A DNA stretch of 64,000 nt from an uncultured Phycisphaerales bacterium (lineage in GTDB: Bacteria; Planctomycetota; Phycisphaerae; Tepidisphaerales; Tepidisphaeraceae). Under the pieces are notes generated by a model. That model saw nothing but the letters and a program-made list of their open reading frames with translations. It was not told the DNA's origin and searched no databases. A program made the position numbers and the translations under genes. Every line of letters starts with the position of its first letter. The stretch's first letter is position 1. The DNA is taken from contig CAWJPJ010000007.1 in assembly GCA_963844715.1 (NCBI GenBank), forward strand, positions 864,001 through 928,000. Reading direction: 5' to 3'. This document shows, one piece after another, positions 54,081 through 64,000 of the stretch.

Positions 54081-54556
54081 GGGTTTGCTCCTGCAAGAAT
54101 CGCAACAGGGAATCCCGATTCAGCCGCCTGGGCTCTTGGCCGGCGCAACGACTGGGCCGCAAGACGGTAATAAATCAGCGGAACGCGGCATGGATCGATC
54201 CGCGACTGCTGAATCTCGCCAATCAGTTGGTCGGCTCGGTCGACAACGCCGCGGTCTTTGCCGATGCAGCGGCAATTCAGGAACGCGTGCACGTTCACGG
54301 CTGGGTCGATGCACGGCAGCCGAAAGCCGCTCTGCCCTCTCTCCCGGGCCTGGGCGACAGCAAAGGCGGCGAACTGCCGCCGCGGCGAGACCCGCGCCCA
54401 CCACAACACAGCAAACGCCTCGTCGGCGCGGAACCAATAATGCGTCAAACCATCATCAATGCGCCGCACCTGAACCGGGCTTCCGAAGCGCAGGCGAACG
54501 CTGAAGCGGTCCTTAACCTGACAAGCGGTCAGCCGTGTCCAATCTGAGTGGGTCAT
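54077..54556 (-). CDS. DUF2840-like protein
   Basis: LRFG.P...F..V.W...LP..DP...IDP..V...Y; position upstream of traF as in Tn4371-like ICEs. Confidence 0.65.
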   Translation of the reverse strand: MTHSDWTRLTACQVKDRFSVRLRFGSPVQVRRIDDGLTHYWFRADEAFAVLWWARVSPRRQFAAFAVAQARERGQSGFRLPCIDPAVNVHAFLNCRCIGKDRGVVDRADQLIGEIQQSRIDPCRVPLIYYRLAAQSLRRPRAQAAESGFPVAILAGANP

Positions 54557-55331
54557 GACGGGTTTCGCACGGATGGGTTGAGACTGGCGTGAGCGGGCTG
54601 GGTTGGATGCAGGTATGGCAGCAAAGCAGCGGCCTGCATGGGCAATCGCGGCGGAAGACGCAGGTGGTTCTTGGCCGCGTGCGCCCGAGCCGGCCCCGTG
54701 TAAATCACCCGATGATCGTGCGAAGCATCTGCGTGCGTTGCCGCCGAAGACCTCTCCTCATGCCGGCGATTGGCATGGGTGGCGAAAAGCACCTCGTCAC
54801 ACCAGGCTTGAATGTGCGCCGAGGTTTGGTCATTCAGCGCGGGCTCATACCTCTGGGTAAGCGATCCGCCATGCAGTGGGCTGGCGGGCCCACGGAGCTG
54901 CGCATGGCCCACCAAAACGATGTGCAAGCCGACACCACCGCGCAGTAGATCCAGCCGACGGAGCAACTTTTGCCAATGCGCCAGCGCCAAGGCCTGTCCG
55001 TCGGGAATCGCCGCAAGGTGCTCGGCATTGCCGCCCGGCACAATTCGTCCCCAATCGATAGCTCCACGCTCTCCAGGGAGTCGAGGATGACCGTGGCATA
55101 CTCGTGCAGCCCAACGTACAGGTCTTGCAGCGCCTGCATAACTTGATCGAAGCGGCGGCATACCGGAAATCGAGTGCAAGCAATATGGTTGGTGCTCTCG
55201 TCAGTGGGAATGAGCACCGGCGCCCGCAGGCCCGCCGCCAAAGTCGAGGTGCCGATTCCGCGAATGCCATAGAACAGAATCCGCCGCGGCCGCTTGACTG
55301 AACGAGTGTGGATTTGATCGAACAATTTCAT
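54553..55331 (-). CDS. AAA_24/Sak4-like P-loop protein with degenerate Walker A (indel near 55060)
   Basis: PRRILFYG.RG.GTSTLAA, TVILDSL..VE, V.VGH, RY.P.L, WCDEVLFA, AKN. Confidence 0.65.
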
Positions 55332-55585
55332 GTAGACCTCCTACCTGCATTGGTGAACGCCTCTTGTCCGTTACGACCGGACCAAAACCGCAGAGCATGG
55401 GCGAGGGCTGTGCGCGCTCGGTGGTGATGGAAGTGCGATTTGCGCGGACTGAAGGGATGAGGAGCAGGTTCTGTCTGAAGCGAGAATCCGCTCAGAATGT
55501 GCTTGACAATTTAGCCACGAGTTAGGTAAATGTACGGTATCGCGTTCCTGCCCAGGACGGAGCTTGGGTTCATCGATACCGCCGT

Positions 55586-56740
55586 TTGCCGACCGAGCGC
55601 TGGCGCGGCGCGATTGTTTGCACTACGGGAGGAATTGCCATGTTGGGCGCTGCTCTTTCTGAAGAATTGCCTGCGGCCTCACTGTTTGGGCCTGCCCAAA
55701 TGGCGTTGGAACGGGCGAAACGATTGTTTCGCCGCGCCCAACGCAGCGTGACCCATACCCTTCGCATTGCCTCCCGTGGTGATTTGATGGGTCCAACTCC
55801 GCAAGCCAGGCAAATACGGTTTGTGCCGTGCACGTGGGGCATGCGACGAGACGACTACCGCTGGCGCGGCGATGCCAATCGCGATTTTGCCGCGCTGCGG
55901 AGCGGCGCTTCAACGATGGGCTGGGCGCTGGTTCATGCGCCGCTGCGCAACTGGAGCGAACTGTTGCCAGGGACGATGCCGGATGTCATGGGCACGCGAT
56001 CGGACCTCTACCTGGCGGACTACTGGCTGCTGACGGTGCATTACTTGGTCTGGTCCAAGCGTCTGCCCTATCCAATCAAGGCCAATTGGCTGCACGGCGC
56101 GAGCATTCACGATCGGCCATTCAGCTTTACCAGCGAACTGCCAACCGATTTGACGGAAGCATCGCTGGATGCGCTGATTTTGTTTCGTGAGGCGGCAGTG
56201 ACTCTGCCCCGAAACGGCGGGGATATCCCGATCGCGCCCGCTGAGCCGCCCGTGCTTCACGATGGCCACTGGCATTTGATGACCCGCGAGGTTCCAACCA
56301 GCGCGGCGAATCAAACTCTACCCACTGCCGAATCCCTGGAGCCGCCGCCTCAAGCCGCCGTTTTGAAAGAGGCAATGGACGGAAGTGACGTTCTTCCCGA
56401 ATTGAATGACCAGACCTTTACGGTCTGCTGTGGTGGCAAAAAGTATCGCTTTACCGCTCGGAACAAACAGTTGTTCGCCCTCCTGGATCGAGTCCGCCGT
56501 CGCCCTGGTCATCGGGTCTCCTTCGACGATCTGCGCACCACCGGTGACGTTTGGGATGGCTCGCGGGTGGAAGACAGTTCCATCCGCGGTGCAGTCGCGC
56601 GGCTTCGCAAGCTGCTCAAGAACCATGGCATGAGCGCCTCTGGCCGAGCGGGTCACGACCGGTACGTATCAAGGCCGCGGCTATGTCGTTTTGCAGACGG
56701 CAGAAGGACACGACTGATCAAGCTAAAGGAGAAGCCATGT
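55586..56740 (+). CDS. Hypothetical protein with a C-terminal winged-HTH (ends approximate)
   Basis: LFALLDRV.RRPG..VS.DDL....VW....V.DSSIR.AV.RLRK.L resembles an OmpR-type wHTH. Confidence 0.55.
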
Positions 56741-57458
56741 CAATATTCACGGATAAACGAGGGACCGCAGCGCCACGAACCGTCAAGATTCGCGGCGAGC
56801 AGTTTACGCGGCTTTGGCTTACGACCTCCATGTCCCAGGAGACCTTCGCGGCCCGCATCGGAATGAAGCGCTCCGGGGTATTCCGCCTGCTGCGGCCGGG
56901 CGTGCACGCCATGTTCAGCGATAACTTCGCCCGCGTCGCCCAAGCCCTGAACATGACGCCGCGGGAATTGAAGGAGCGCATCGGGGTTGGAGAAGTCGTG
57001 GTGCGATCGTCCGATGCGGCGTGGCCCAATCTACCAATCGGGCATCAAGGGCCCGGCGCAGCCGCTGGTCGAGGTCACAAGGTTTCACGGGATCAGCGCG
57101 GGTAGCCTGCGCCGAGCGCCTGGATGTGGAGCACGGGACGGTGAAGGTGCCCGAAGGGTGGGGGGATTTCTTCGTGCGCGTGGATGGGATTTCCATGCTT
57201 CCGGACTATCCGGATCAATCCGTCGCCGCCTTCGAAACGGTCGAGGGACAACAGTTTATTTATGGCAAGGACTATCTGATCTGGTTCACGGATGGGGAGT
57301 GCTATTTCAGCAGAGTGCATGAGAGTGACGAGGACCGCGATGTGCTGGTGCTTCGTAAAGTGAACCCGGATCGCCGGCAGTTCCCGGATCGGTATGTCCA
57401 TCGACGGGAGATTGAGCGCATCGCTCGCTGCGTTGGTGTAGCGATCGACAGGAGTTAG
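56738..57458 (+). CDS. XRE-HTH + S24-like repressor (indel near 57040)
   Basis: MSQETFAARIGM (HTH); F.VRVDG.SM.P.Y.D...L...NPD (S24-like). Confidence 0.7.
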
Positions 57459-57496
57459 ATCATCGAGTAGCAGAAATTCATGATGGGAGAAAGACG

Positions 57497-58192
57497 ATGT
57501 CGAGGCTCGTACGGTGGCTCGACCATCGCATGGAGGTGGTGGGAATCGAAAAACGGAAGGATCTGGCGGAATTGACCGGCATCCCGCTCGACGTTTTCCG
57601 CGAAATCCGGGACGTCGGCTCGCTGGAAATCCTCAGCAGAACCCAAAGGCGCCTGCTCGCCGCCGCCTTGCGCGTATCGCTTCGCAATCTGGAACAGCTC
57701 AGCGACCACCTGGTCGATTGGATTGAAGACGATCACGTGTGCGACGCTGAAGGTTGCGGCCGACCGCTTCCTGGCCGGAAGGGTGATCCGGCGTACCGGG
57801 TGCCGCGGGAATTACCGCCCGAAGACCGGGGCACGCCTCTGATCGGGAGAATTCGGCTCGGCGGCCAAGCCGAGTTAGACGAGGATTGGCATCAGGAATG
57901 GGGAAAACACATTCCCCACCGATTCGGCAATGGGCACAACGTCTTCGCCCTGGAAATAGAGTCCACGTGTACCTCGGTCGTGCTGCGAGTGATAGCGCCC
58001 TGGGAGTTTCGCGAAGGAAGAGCGGCGGTCTACTGCTGGAATGGGTGGGAGGCTCAGGCGTGGTTCGGTCGTGTGTGCCTACAACCCAAGGCATATGTCG
58101 TAACGGCGGACGGGCAGCGACATAACCTGGAACTACCGAATGTCATGCGCATTGGCAAAGTGGTGGGCCAGTGGCCCACCGGACCTGCCTGA
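57497..58192 (+). CDS. HTH-containing regulator-like protein
   Basis: RKDLAELTGI N-terminus; PLIGRI..G, typical of the CI/LexA-like linker. Confidence 0.5.
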   Translation: MSRLVRWLDHRMEVVGIEKRKDLAELTGIPLDVFREIRDVGSLEILSRTQRRLLAAALRVSLRNLEQLSDHLVDWIEDDHVCDAEGCGRPLPGRKGDPAYRVPRELPPEDRGTPLIGRIRLGGQAELDEDWHQEWGKHIPHRFGNGHNVFALEIESTCTSVVLRVIAPWEFREGRAAVYCWNGWEAQAWFGRVCLQPKAYVVTADGQRHNLELPNVMRIGKVVGQWPTGPA

Positions 58193-58267
58193 CGCCCCGC
58201 CCGACTCCGGGCGCAAAAACAAACCCGACGGGGGAACGGACGGTCCCCAGCCGGGTTGTGCGAGCCG

Positions 58268-58513
58268 CTACTTGGACTCGCTCTTTTGTTGCAGTTCGTG
58301 GATCGCCTCGAACGTCTTATCCGCGACCTTTGCCAGCACCAGCAGATCGTCGCGGCCGAAACTGTCGGTGCTTTGCCACGTGCCTTCATCGCCGCGGTAC
58401 AGCCGCTGAAACGTCACGTTGTACCGAGCGCCGCTCTCCGTTTCGTTCTGCCAAATGGCGGCTTTAACCGTGCCGATCCGGACTTCGCTAATGGGTTTCT
58501 GCTTCGTAGCCAT
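58268..58513 (-). CDS. Small conserved mobile-element protein (paralog of 10680-10955)
   Basis: KPISEVRIGTVKAAIWQN...VTFQRLYR...WQSTDSFGRDDLLVLAKVAD; GAGGAG RBS. Confidence 0.8.
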   Translation of the reverse strand: MATKQKPISEVRIGTVKAAIWQNETESGARYNVTFQRLYRGDEGTWQSTDSFGRDDLLVLAKVADKTFEAIHELQQKSESK

Positions 58514-58530
58514 GTGAGACTCCTCTCTAA

Positions 58531-58579
58531 AAGGGTTTGATTGGTCCGTTCACCTCGGCGTGACGGACAACAAACCCTT
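58531..58579. promoter_or_regulatory. Long imperfect hairpin upstream of the 58268-58513 gene
   Basis: aagggtttg..gtccgt.cac / gtgacggac..caaaccctt. Confidence 0.55.
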
Positions 58580-58803
58580 ATGAGGAGTCGGAAGCCAGTC
58601 CGCAGCGGCAAGCGCCGGGAGCGAAAAACAGCGAGGAGAATGACAGGCGCGGCGGAGGCCCTTTTCCGCAATCGATACCGCTCTCTGGCCAGGAAACAGT
58701 TCCGCCATAAGGCGGGTCGAAACGTGGCCAGGAGCCGACTCGAGAAAGACCCTCGCTCCCCGTTCGCGCACAACCTCCAACTCGGTGTAAGATTATTACT
58801 CCG

Positions 58804-61095
58804 ATGGTCCCCGTGACGATTCAACACAAGTTCGAATTGGTGCTGCAACATCACCGAGCCGGGCGCTTTAGTGAGGCCGAAGGACTTTACCGCGAGATCC
58901 TTGCGCAAGAACCCAATCACTTTCGCGCGATTCATTATCTTGGATTAATCGCTAATCAGGTCGGTCAACGAGACATTGCGGTTGACTTGATTCGTCGCGC
59001 CATTTCACTCAAACCGGATTACGTCGAGGCCCACGGCAATCTTGGCAGTGTCCTGAACGACTTGGGGCGAATCGACGAAGCCATCGCGGTCTTTCGCCAA
59101 GCGATTATGCTTAGATTCAACTTTCCTGAAGCACACACTAATCTTGGCAACGCCCTGAAAGCCAAAGGACGGGTGAAAGAGTCCATCGCCGCTCACGAAC
59201 AGGCTATTTCCCTTGAACCAAACTACGCGGAGGCCTACAACAATCTCGGCAGCGTTCTGCAAGATGATGGGCAAATCGAGAAGGCTGTCGCCGCGTTTCG
59301 CCAAGCCATCGCACTCAAAGTCGACTTCCCAGAAGCGCACAGCAATCTCGGTAACGCACTAAAAGAACAGGGCCGGATCGATGAGGCCATCGCCTCCCAT
59401 CACAAAGCCATTTCGCTTAACCCCGATTTGCCGGAAGCTTACAACAATCTGGCCAGCGCCCTTATCGCCAAGGGACGACCGGATGAGTCTATTGCCGCCA
59501 GTCGGCAAGCTATTCGTCTCAGATCCAGCTACGGTGAAGCCCACAGCAACCTGGGCAACGCCCTTAAAGCCAAAGGACATCTCAATGAGGCGATTTCCGC
59601 GTATCGCCAGGCCATTGCTCTCAAACCCGATTGCGCCGAAGCCCACTACAATCTCGGTATTGCCTTGAAGGATAGCTCACAACTTGATGAAGCGGTCGCC
59701 GTCTATCGTCAAGCAATTTCATTGAACCCGAACTTGCCGGAGGCTCACAACAATCTCGGCGAGGCTTTGAAAGAGATGGGACGCCTCGATGAGGCCATCG
59801 CTGCGTATCGCCAAGCCGTCGCGGTCGGACCCAACCTTCCGAATGTGCACAGCAATCTGGTACTGGCCCTGCATTACCATCCGAACTGCGATGACCGAGC
59901 GATCAGTGAAGAACTTCGCCGTTGGAACCGCCAGCACGCTGAGCCGCTGCGCGAGCATATCCACCCGCATTCGAACGATCGCGACCCGAACCGTCGCCTG
60001 CGGATCGGGTACCTCTCACCGGATTTCCGAAATCATGTGGTCGGCCAAAATCTACTGCCCGTAATCCAACATCACGATCGCGCGGAGTTCGAGATCATTT
60101 GCTACGCCAATGTGCCAACGCCGGATGAAATGACCCGGCAATTTCAGCAAAGTGCCGACGATTGGCGTGACATTGCCGGCGTTTCCGACGAGGACGTGGC
60201 CGAGCAAATCCGGCGCGACCAAATCGACATACTCGTGGACCTGGCACTTCATACGGACGGCAACCGGCTGCTGGTTTTCGCCCGCAAACCGGCTCCGGTG
60301 CAGGTAAGTTACCTGGGTTATTGCGGAAGTACCGGACTGAATGCGATGGACTATCGTCTTTCCGACCCCTTTCTGGACCCCGCCTCGACAGAAGTTGATT
60401 CTTATAGCGAAATTACGGTACGTCTGCCGCGAACATATTGGTGCTATCAACCCGGCTCGACTCCCATTCCCGAGGTACGCTCGTCGCCAGCGAAAGGGAA
60501 CGGCTGGGTCACGTTTGGCTGCCAGAACAACTACTGCAAAATATCCTCGGCCGCATGGAACGTCTGGACAACAATTCTGCAGGCTCAGCCAAAATCGAGG
60601 CTGCTCATCTACTGCCCGCGCGGCAGCCATCGCAACCTTGCACATAAAACGCTCGTGGACCGCGGGATCGATCCCGACCGTCTAATCTTCTCAGAATCGC
60701 GGGGCGCCGAATATTTTCAGCGATATTGCGAGATCGACATCGCCCTCGATCCGTTCCCGTTTGGGGGCGGGACCACCACCTGTGATGCGCTCTTCATGGG
60801 CGTGCCCGTGGTCACTCTCTCAGGGATTACCGCGGTTGGTCGCGGCGGACGAAGCATCCTCAGCAACGTCGGCCTACCGGAGCTGGTCGCGCATACCCAG
60901 GATCAATACGTTCGCATCGCCCTGGAATTGGCCAACAATTTGGACCGTCTGGAGACTCTCCGTCGGGGAATGCGAGATCGCATGTTGTCTTCGCCATTGA
61001 TGGATGAAGCCGGGTTTGCCCGCGAACTGGATATGGCATACCGAGGCATGTGGCGGAAATGGTGCGAAGCGGTTTCGGCTGACCGGAAGATTTGA
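58804..61095 (+). CDS. TPR-repeat O-GlcNAc transferase (SPINDLY/GT41-like)
   Basis: About ten 34-aa TPRs (AH.NLG..L...G..DEA...); LRIGYLSPDFRNH.V, DILVDL..HT, KPAPVQ, DIALDPFP.GGGTTT.DAL.MGVPV. Confidence 0.92.
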   Translation: MVPVTIQHKFELVLQHHRAGRFSEAEGLYREILAQEPNHFRAIHYLGLIANQVGQRDIAVDLIRRAISLKPDYVEAHGNLGSVLNDLGRIDEAIAVFRQAIMLRFNFPEAHTNLGNALKAKGRVKESIAAHEQAISLEPNYAEAYNNLGSVLQDDGQIEKAVAAFRQAIALKVDFPEAHSNLGNALKEQGRIDEAIASHHKAISLNPDLPEAYNNLASALIAKGRPDESIAASRQAIRLRSSYGEAHSNLGNALKAKGHLNEAISAYRQAIALKPDCAEAHYNLGIALKDSSQLDEAVAVYRQAISLNPNLPEAHNNLGEALKEMGRLDEAIAAYRQAVAVGPNLPNVHSNLVLALHYHPNCDDRAISEELRRWNRQHAEPLREHIHPHSNDRDPNRRLRIGYLSPDFRNHVVGQNLLPVIQHHDRAEFEIICYANVPTPDEMTRQFQQSADDWRDIAGVSDEDVAEQIRRDQIDILVDLALHTDGNRLLVFARKPAPVQVSYLGYCGSTGLNAMDYRLSDPFLDPASTEVDSYSEITVRLPRTYWCYQPGSTPIPEVRSSPAKGNGWVTFGCQNNYCKISSAAWNVWTTILQAQPKSRLLIYCPRGSHRNLAHKTLVDRGIDPDRLIFSESRGAEYFQRYCEIDIALDPFPFGGGTTTCDALFMGVPVVTLSGITAVGRGGRSILSNVGLPELVAHTQDQYVRIALELANNLDRLETLRRGMRDRMLSSPLMDEAGFARELDMAYRGMWRKWCEAVSADRKI

Positions 61096-61409
61096 ACCAA
61101 AATCTCAGGCAAATTGTCGACACTTGCGAACTTCCCGATGACGCATTGAAGCAAGTTCCGTCATCGCCTCGCACATCCGCGCGATAAATTCGGCCGGCAC
61201 GTGACAATGAGTTGCGCGTAAGCTGTTATCTAATCACAAAACGCTTTACTTGTTTGCCCAACGTCTGTAAATTAATTCGCGCAAGCGATAGTATCAGTCC
61301 ACGGTTGGGCATTTTTGGGGCTGCAGGGACGGGGTTGTTAACACGTCTGGCGTATTGGTTGCTGCTACCCTCGAATACTTAGGCTTAATTCCTCCTGGAA
61401 GGAGGGGTC

Positions 61410-64000
61410 ATGTCCATTGTTCGCGGTCTGGGTCTAGGCAAACGCGGTCGTCGTTTTCAGCATCATATTTCTAAAGCCGTTGTTGAGGCGCTGGAATCGA
61501 GGATTCTCCTCTCCTTCGTGGTCACCAATGCGAATGGGGACGACAGCGCGGGCTCCTTAAGATATGAGCTTGGTTTGGCTGTCGGCGCGGCTAATGCGAA
61601 TCATGCCGCCGAGATGGTGACTTTTCAAAGCAGCGTGACCGGCACGATCGACTTGGCGACAAATGGTGCGCTGTCCATTAACAACACCTCCGGCTCGGTG
61701 ACGGTTCAGGGGCCCGGTGACACGATTCTGTCAGTTTCTGCCGACGGGCACAGCAGTGTCTTCTCCGTCACGTCGTCGGCTACCGCCACGATTGAGTACC
61801 TTGGGATTACAGGAGGGGCGACAACCGAAGGGGCGGGAATTTTTAATAAGGGTCATCTGACGATCACGGATTGCGTAATTACCGGCAACAGTGCCAGTGA
61901 CGACGGCGGCGGTATATTTAACTACGGGACCCTCGCGCTCACGCACTACACGTTCATAAGCGAAAACGATGCCACGGACTATGGAGGCGCTATATGCAAC
62001 AAAGGTTCCGGGAACGTGACAATTGCCAGTTCGACTATATCTGGAAATAGTGGCGGAGCCGGAGGAGGAATATACACCGGCGCAGTCTTGAGCGTCACCA
62101 ATTCAACCATCAGCGACAATTCTGCCTCCAGCGGTGGGGGTGGGGTATACATTTATGGTACCGGCACCGCGAATATCTCCTCTGACAGCATCATCAGTGG
62201 AAATTCCACCACCAATGGCTCCGGGGGAGGCATCCGTAACCACGGCGGTGAGTTGACCATTACGGCGTCCACAATCACCGGCAATTCCGCCACCGAAAGC
62301 AGCGGCGGCGGCATCGAAAATGAGGGAATTCTGGCGGCAACCACCTGCTATTTCCACGACAATTCGGCCACATTCGATGGAGGCGGGATTGCAAACCAAG
62401 GGTCGTACGCCGATACCATCTCGGGGTGCACCATAAGCGGCAACTCAAGCCAAGGACGCGGCGGCGGAATTTATAACAATGACAGTGTAGTAGCCCTACA
62501 CGTCACCAACACGGTCCTGAGCGGGAATAGCGCGCAAACCGGCGGAGCCATCTACAACGAGGGCAGTTTTACAGTTCAGAACTCAACTATCAGCAACAAC
62601 ATCGCGCACGGTAACGGGGGCGGTTTGGCAAATGGCGTGTATGACAGTACGGCTGATTTGAACATCGATGAGTGTACCATCAGTGGCAACAGCAGTTCGG
62701 GGACCGGCGGCGGCGGCGGAATCATAAGCGGCGGCGAAGACTCCTCGCCGGATCTGGTCGTCGCCAACAGCACGATCACGGGTAACCGCTGCACCGGTGG
62801 CGGTGACAAAGGGGGTGGCATCGATGTTTACAACGGTTCCGCCAATATCACGTACTCGACAATCACCAGCAACGTTTGCGTCGTGGGTGACGGCGACGGA
62901 GGCGGAATAGCGAACTGGTACGGGAATGTGACCGTCGGCGAATGCACGATCAGCGGCAATCAGGGCGGCTTCGGCGGTGGGATAGCGGGTTATGGGGGGA
63001 CGCTTACCGTGACGGCTTCAACCTTGGCCGCCAATGATGCCCAGAAGGGCGGCGGCGCGGCCTTTAGCGGTGGGGGGAGCAACGTCATCACCAACAGTAC
63101 GCTCAGCGGCAATACCGCCAGTGGTCGCGGGGGCGGAATCTATAATTACTGCAACCTTAACCTTGTCGATTGCACGGTCAGCGGGAACTCCGCCGTTCAT
63201 GGGGGCGGCATCGAAGACCACTACGGGTCCACCGCTCTCTACGGAACGATCGTCGCCGAGAATACGTCCGATGATCTGGAGGGCGGGAATTTCAGCGGGT
63301 TGTACAGCCTCATCGGCGATGGCAGCGGCGCAATTTCCGGTTCGCACAACCTGACTGGCGAACCGAGCCTATCGGCTTTGGGGTATTACGGAGGTCCAAC
63401 CGAAACCATCGTGCCATTACCCATGACCGGCGGTAATCCGGCGATCGGCAACGGCGACCCCAGCGCCGGCCTATCAACGGACCAACGCGGATTTGCGCGG
63501 GACGCAACGACAGGATATGACATCGGCGCGTTTCAATCGCAGCCGAGTCCTATCGTAGTCAACACGCTGGGAGATGCGCTACCGGTCGGATTGGACCAAA
63601 TTTCTTTGCGCGATGCGATCAATCTCGCCGACGCGCTCGGAGGAGACCAAACGATTGCCTTCTCGGCGTCTCTCACCGCCGGCGGCCCGGCGTCGATCGA
63701 CCTGAACGGCACTGTGCTTAATCTTGACGACACTACGGGAACATTAACAATTGACGGACCCGGCGCAACTTTGCTGTCCATCAATGGCGTGCATCAAAGC
63801 GGTGACATCGACACCGGCGCACACACATCGGTCACAATCTCCAGTCTGACAATCACTGGCGCTTCCGACGGCGGCATCAACGCCGGCTATGATTCCAGCC
63901 TGACTGTCTCGGACTGCACAATCACCGGGAACTCCGGCGAATTCGGCGGCGGAATCTCAGCCGTTTACGCCTCTGTCTACGTATATGATTGCACCATTTC
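61410..64000 (+). CDS. Large secreted beta-helix repeat protein (Pmp/pectin-lyase-like); runs off the window end
   Basis: Absent from the ORF track. RBS GGAGG, ATG 61410: MSIVRGLG...VEALESRILLS (LEPRxLL-type motif), FVVTN..D...GSLR, many ISGN.A..GGGI repeats, DQRG..R...DIGAF near 63480-63535. Confidence 0.85.
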   Translation, partial: MSIVRGLGLGKRGRRFQHHISKAVVEALESRILLSFVVTNANGDDSAGSLRYELGLAVGAANANHAAEMVTFQSSVTGTIDLATNGALSINNTSGSVTVQGPGDTILSVSADGHSSVFSVTSSATATIEYLGITGGATTEGAGIFNKGHLTITDCVITGNSASDDGGGIFNYGTLALTHYTFISENDATDYGGAICNKGSGNVTIASSTISGNSGGAGGGIYTGAVLSVTNSTISDNSASSGGGGVYIYGTGTANISSDSIISGNSTTNGSGGGIRNHGGELTITASTITGNSATESSGGGIENEGILAATTCYFHDNSATFDGGGIANQGSYADTISGCTISGNSSQGRGGGIYNNDSVVALHVTNTVLSGNSAQTGGAIYNEGSFTVQNSTISNNIAHGNGGGLANGVYDSTADLNIDECTISGNSSSGTGGGGGIISGGEDSSPDLVVANSTITGNRCTGGGDKGGGIDVYNGSANITYSTITSNVCVVGDGDGGGIANWYGNVTVGECTISGNQGGFGGGIAGYGGTLTVTASTLAANDAQKGGGAAFSGGGSNVITNSTLSGNTASGRGGGIYNYCNLNLVDCTVSGNSAVHGGGIEDHYGSTALYGTIVAENTSDDLEGGNFSGLYSLIGDGSGAISGSHNLTGEPSLSALGYYGGPTETIVPLPMTGGNPAIGNGDPSAGLSTDQRGFARDATTGYDIGAFQSQPSPIVVNTLGDALPVGLDQISLRDAINLADALGGDQTIAFSASLTAGGPASIDLNGTVLNLDDTTGTLTIDGPGATLLSINGVHQSGDIDTGAHTSVTISSLTITGASDGGINAGYDSSLTVSDCTITGNSGEFGGGISAVYASVYVYDCTI

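Larger units (their letters stand above)
8986..58600. mobile_element. Integrative conjugative element with Tn4371-like P-type T4SS; right boundary uncertain
   Basis: Integrase next to a tRNA, excisionase, trb genes, VirD4, relaxase, traF, DUF2840, parB, ssb and DUF932; no attR repeat found in the window. Confidence 0.8.

Noticed and set aside
1969..57458. Numerous frameshifts (mazF, trbI/F/L/E/B, traF, DUF932, kinase, DUF1559, repressor) read as pseudogenes or programmed frameshifting
   Set aside because: Housekeeping dnaJ also shows two compensating single-base indels (~5195-5260), and the broken genes otherwise keep intact motifs. Long-read indel error is the simpler explanation, so decay of the ICE cannot be concluded.
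61731..63784. Short minus-strand Pro-rich ORFs in the track
   Set aside because: They are antisense shadows of the Gly-rich plus-strand repeat protein starting at 61410.
8950..64000. attR direct repeat of the tRNA-Arg 3' end
   Set aside because: No copy of ggttcgactccctccgggtgc was found by eye in the window, so the right boundary is unresolved and may lie outside it.

Overview
This looks like a Planctomycetota (probably Phycisphaerae-type) chromosome segment. The assignment is inferred from the groEL-groES-groEL-dnaJ-grpE order, a DUF1559-type protein and a LEPRxLL-type signal motif. Bases 1-8.9 kb are a housekeeping chaperone block with toxin-antitoxin genes inserted. From tRNA-Arg(UCG) at 8912 to about 58.6 kb lies a large integrative conjugative element. 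It has a tyrosine integrase and excisionase, plus a Tn4371/P-type transfer system (traF, VirD2-like relaxase, VirD4, trbB...trbI, DUF2274). Its trb operon is split between trbB and trbC by about 29 kb. That insert carries parB, ssb and DUF932, two separate RIT (three-recombinase) elements (one splits parB), a MASE1 hybrid kinase, and a visibly AT-richer cargo block. The best candidate for an undescribed system is in that block: two tandem secreted 12-Cys proteins with a double-glycine-like cleavage motif, followed by a membrane-anchored C39 peptidase-like/Ig-fold protein and a MauE/DoxX-CxxC redox protein. The window ends with a TPR-GT41 gene and the start of a giant secreted beta-helix-repeat protein. 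Single-base indels occur throughout, even in dnaJ, and look like long-read errors rather than pseudogenes. Family assignments come from motif recognition only; no searches were run.
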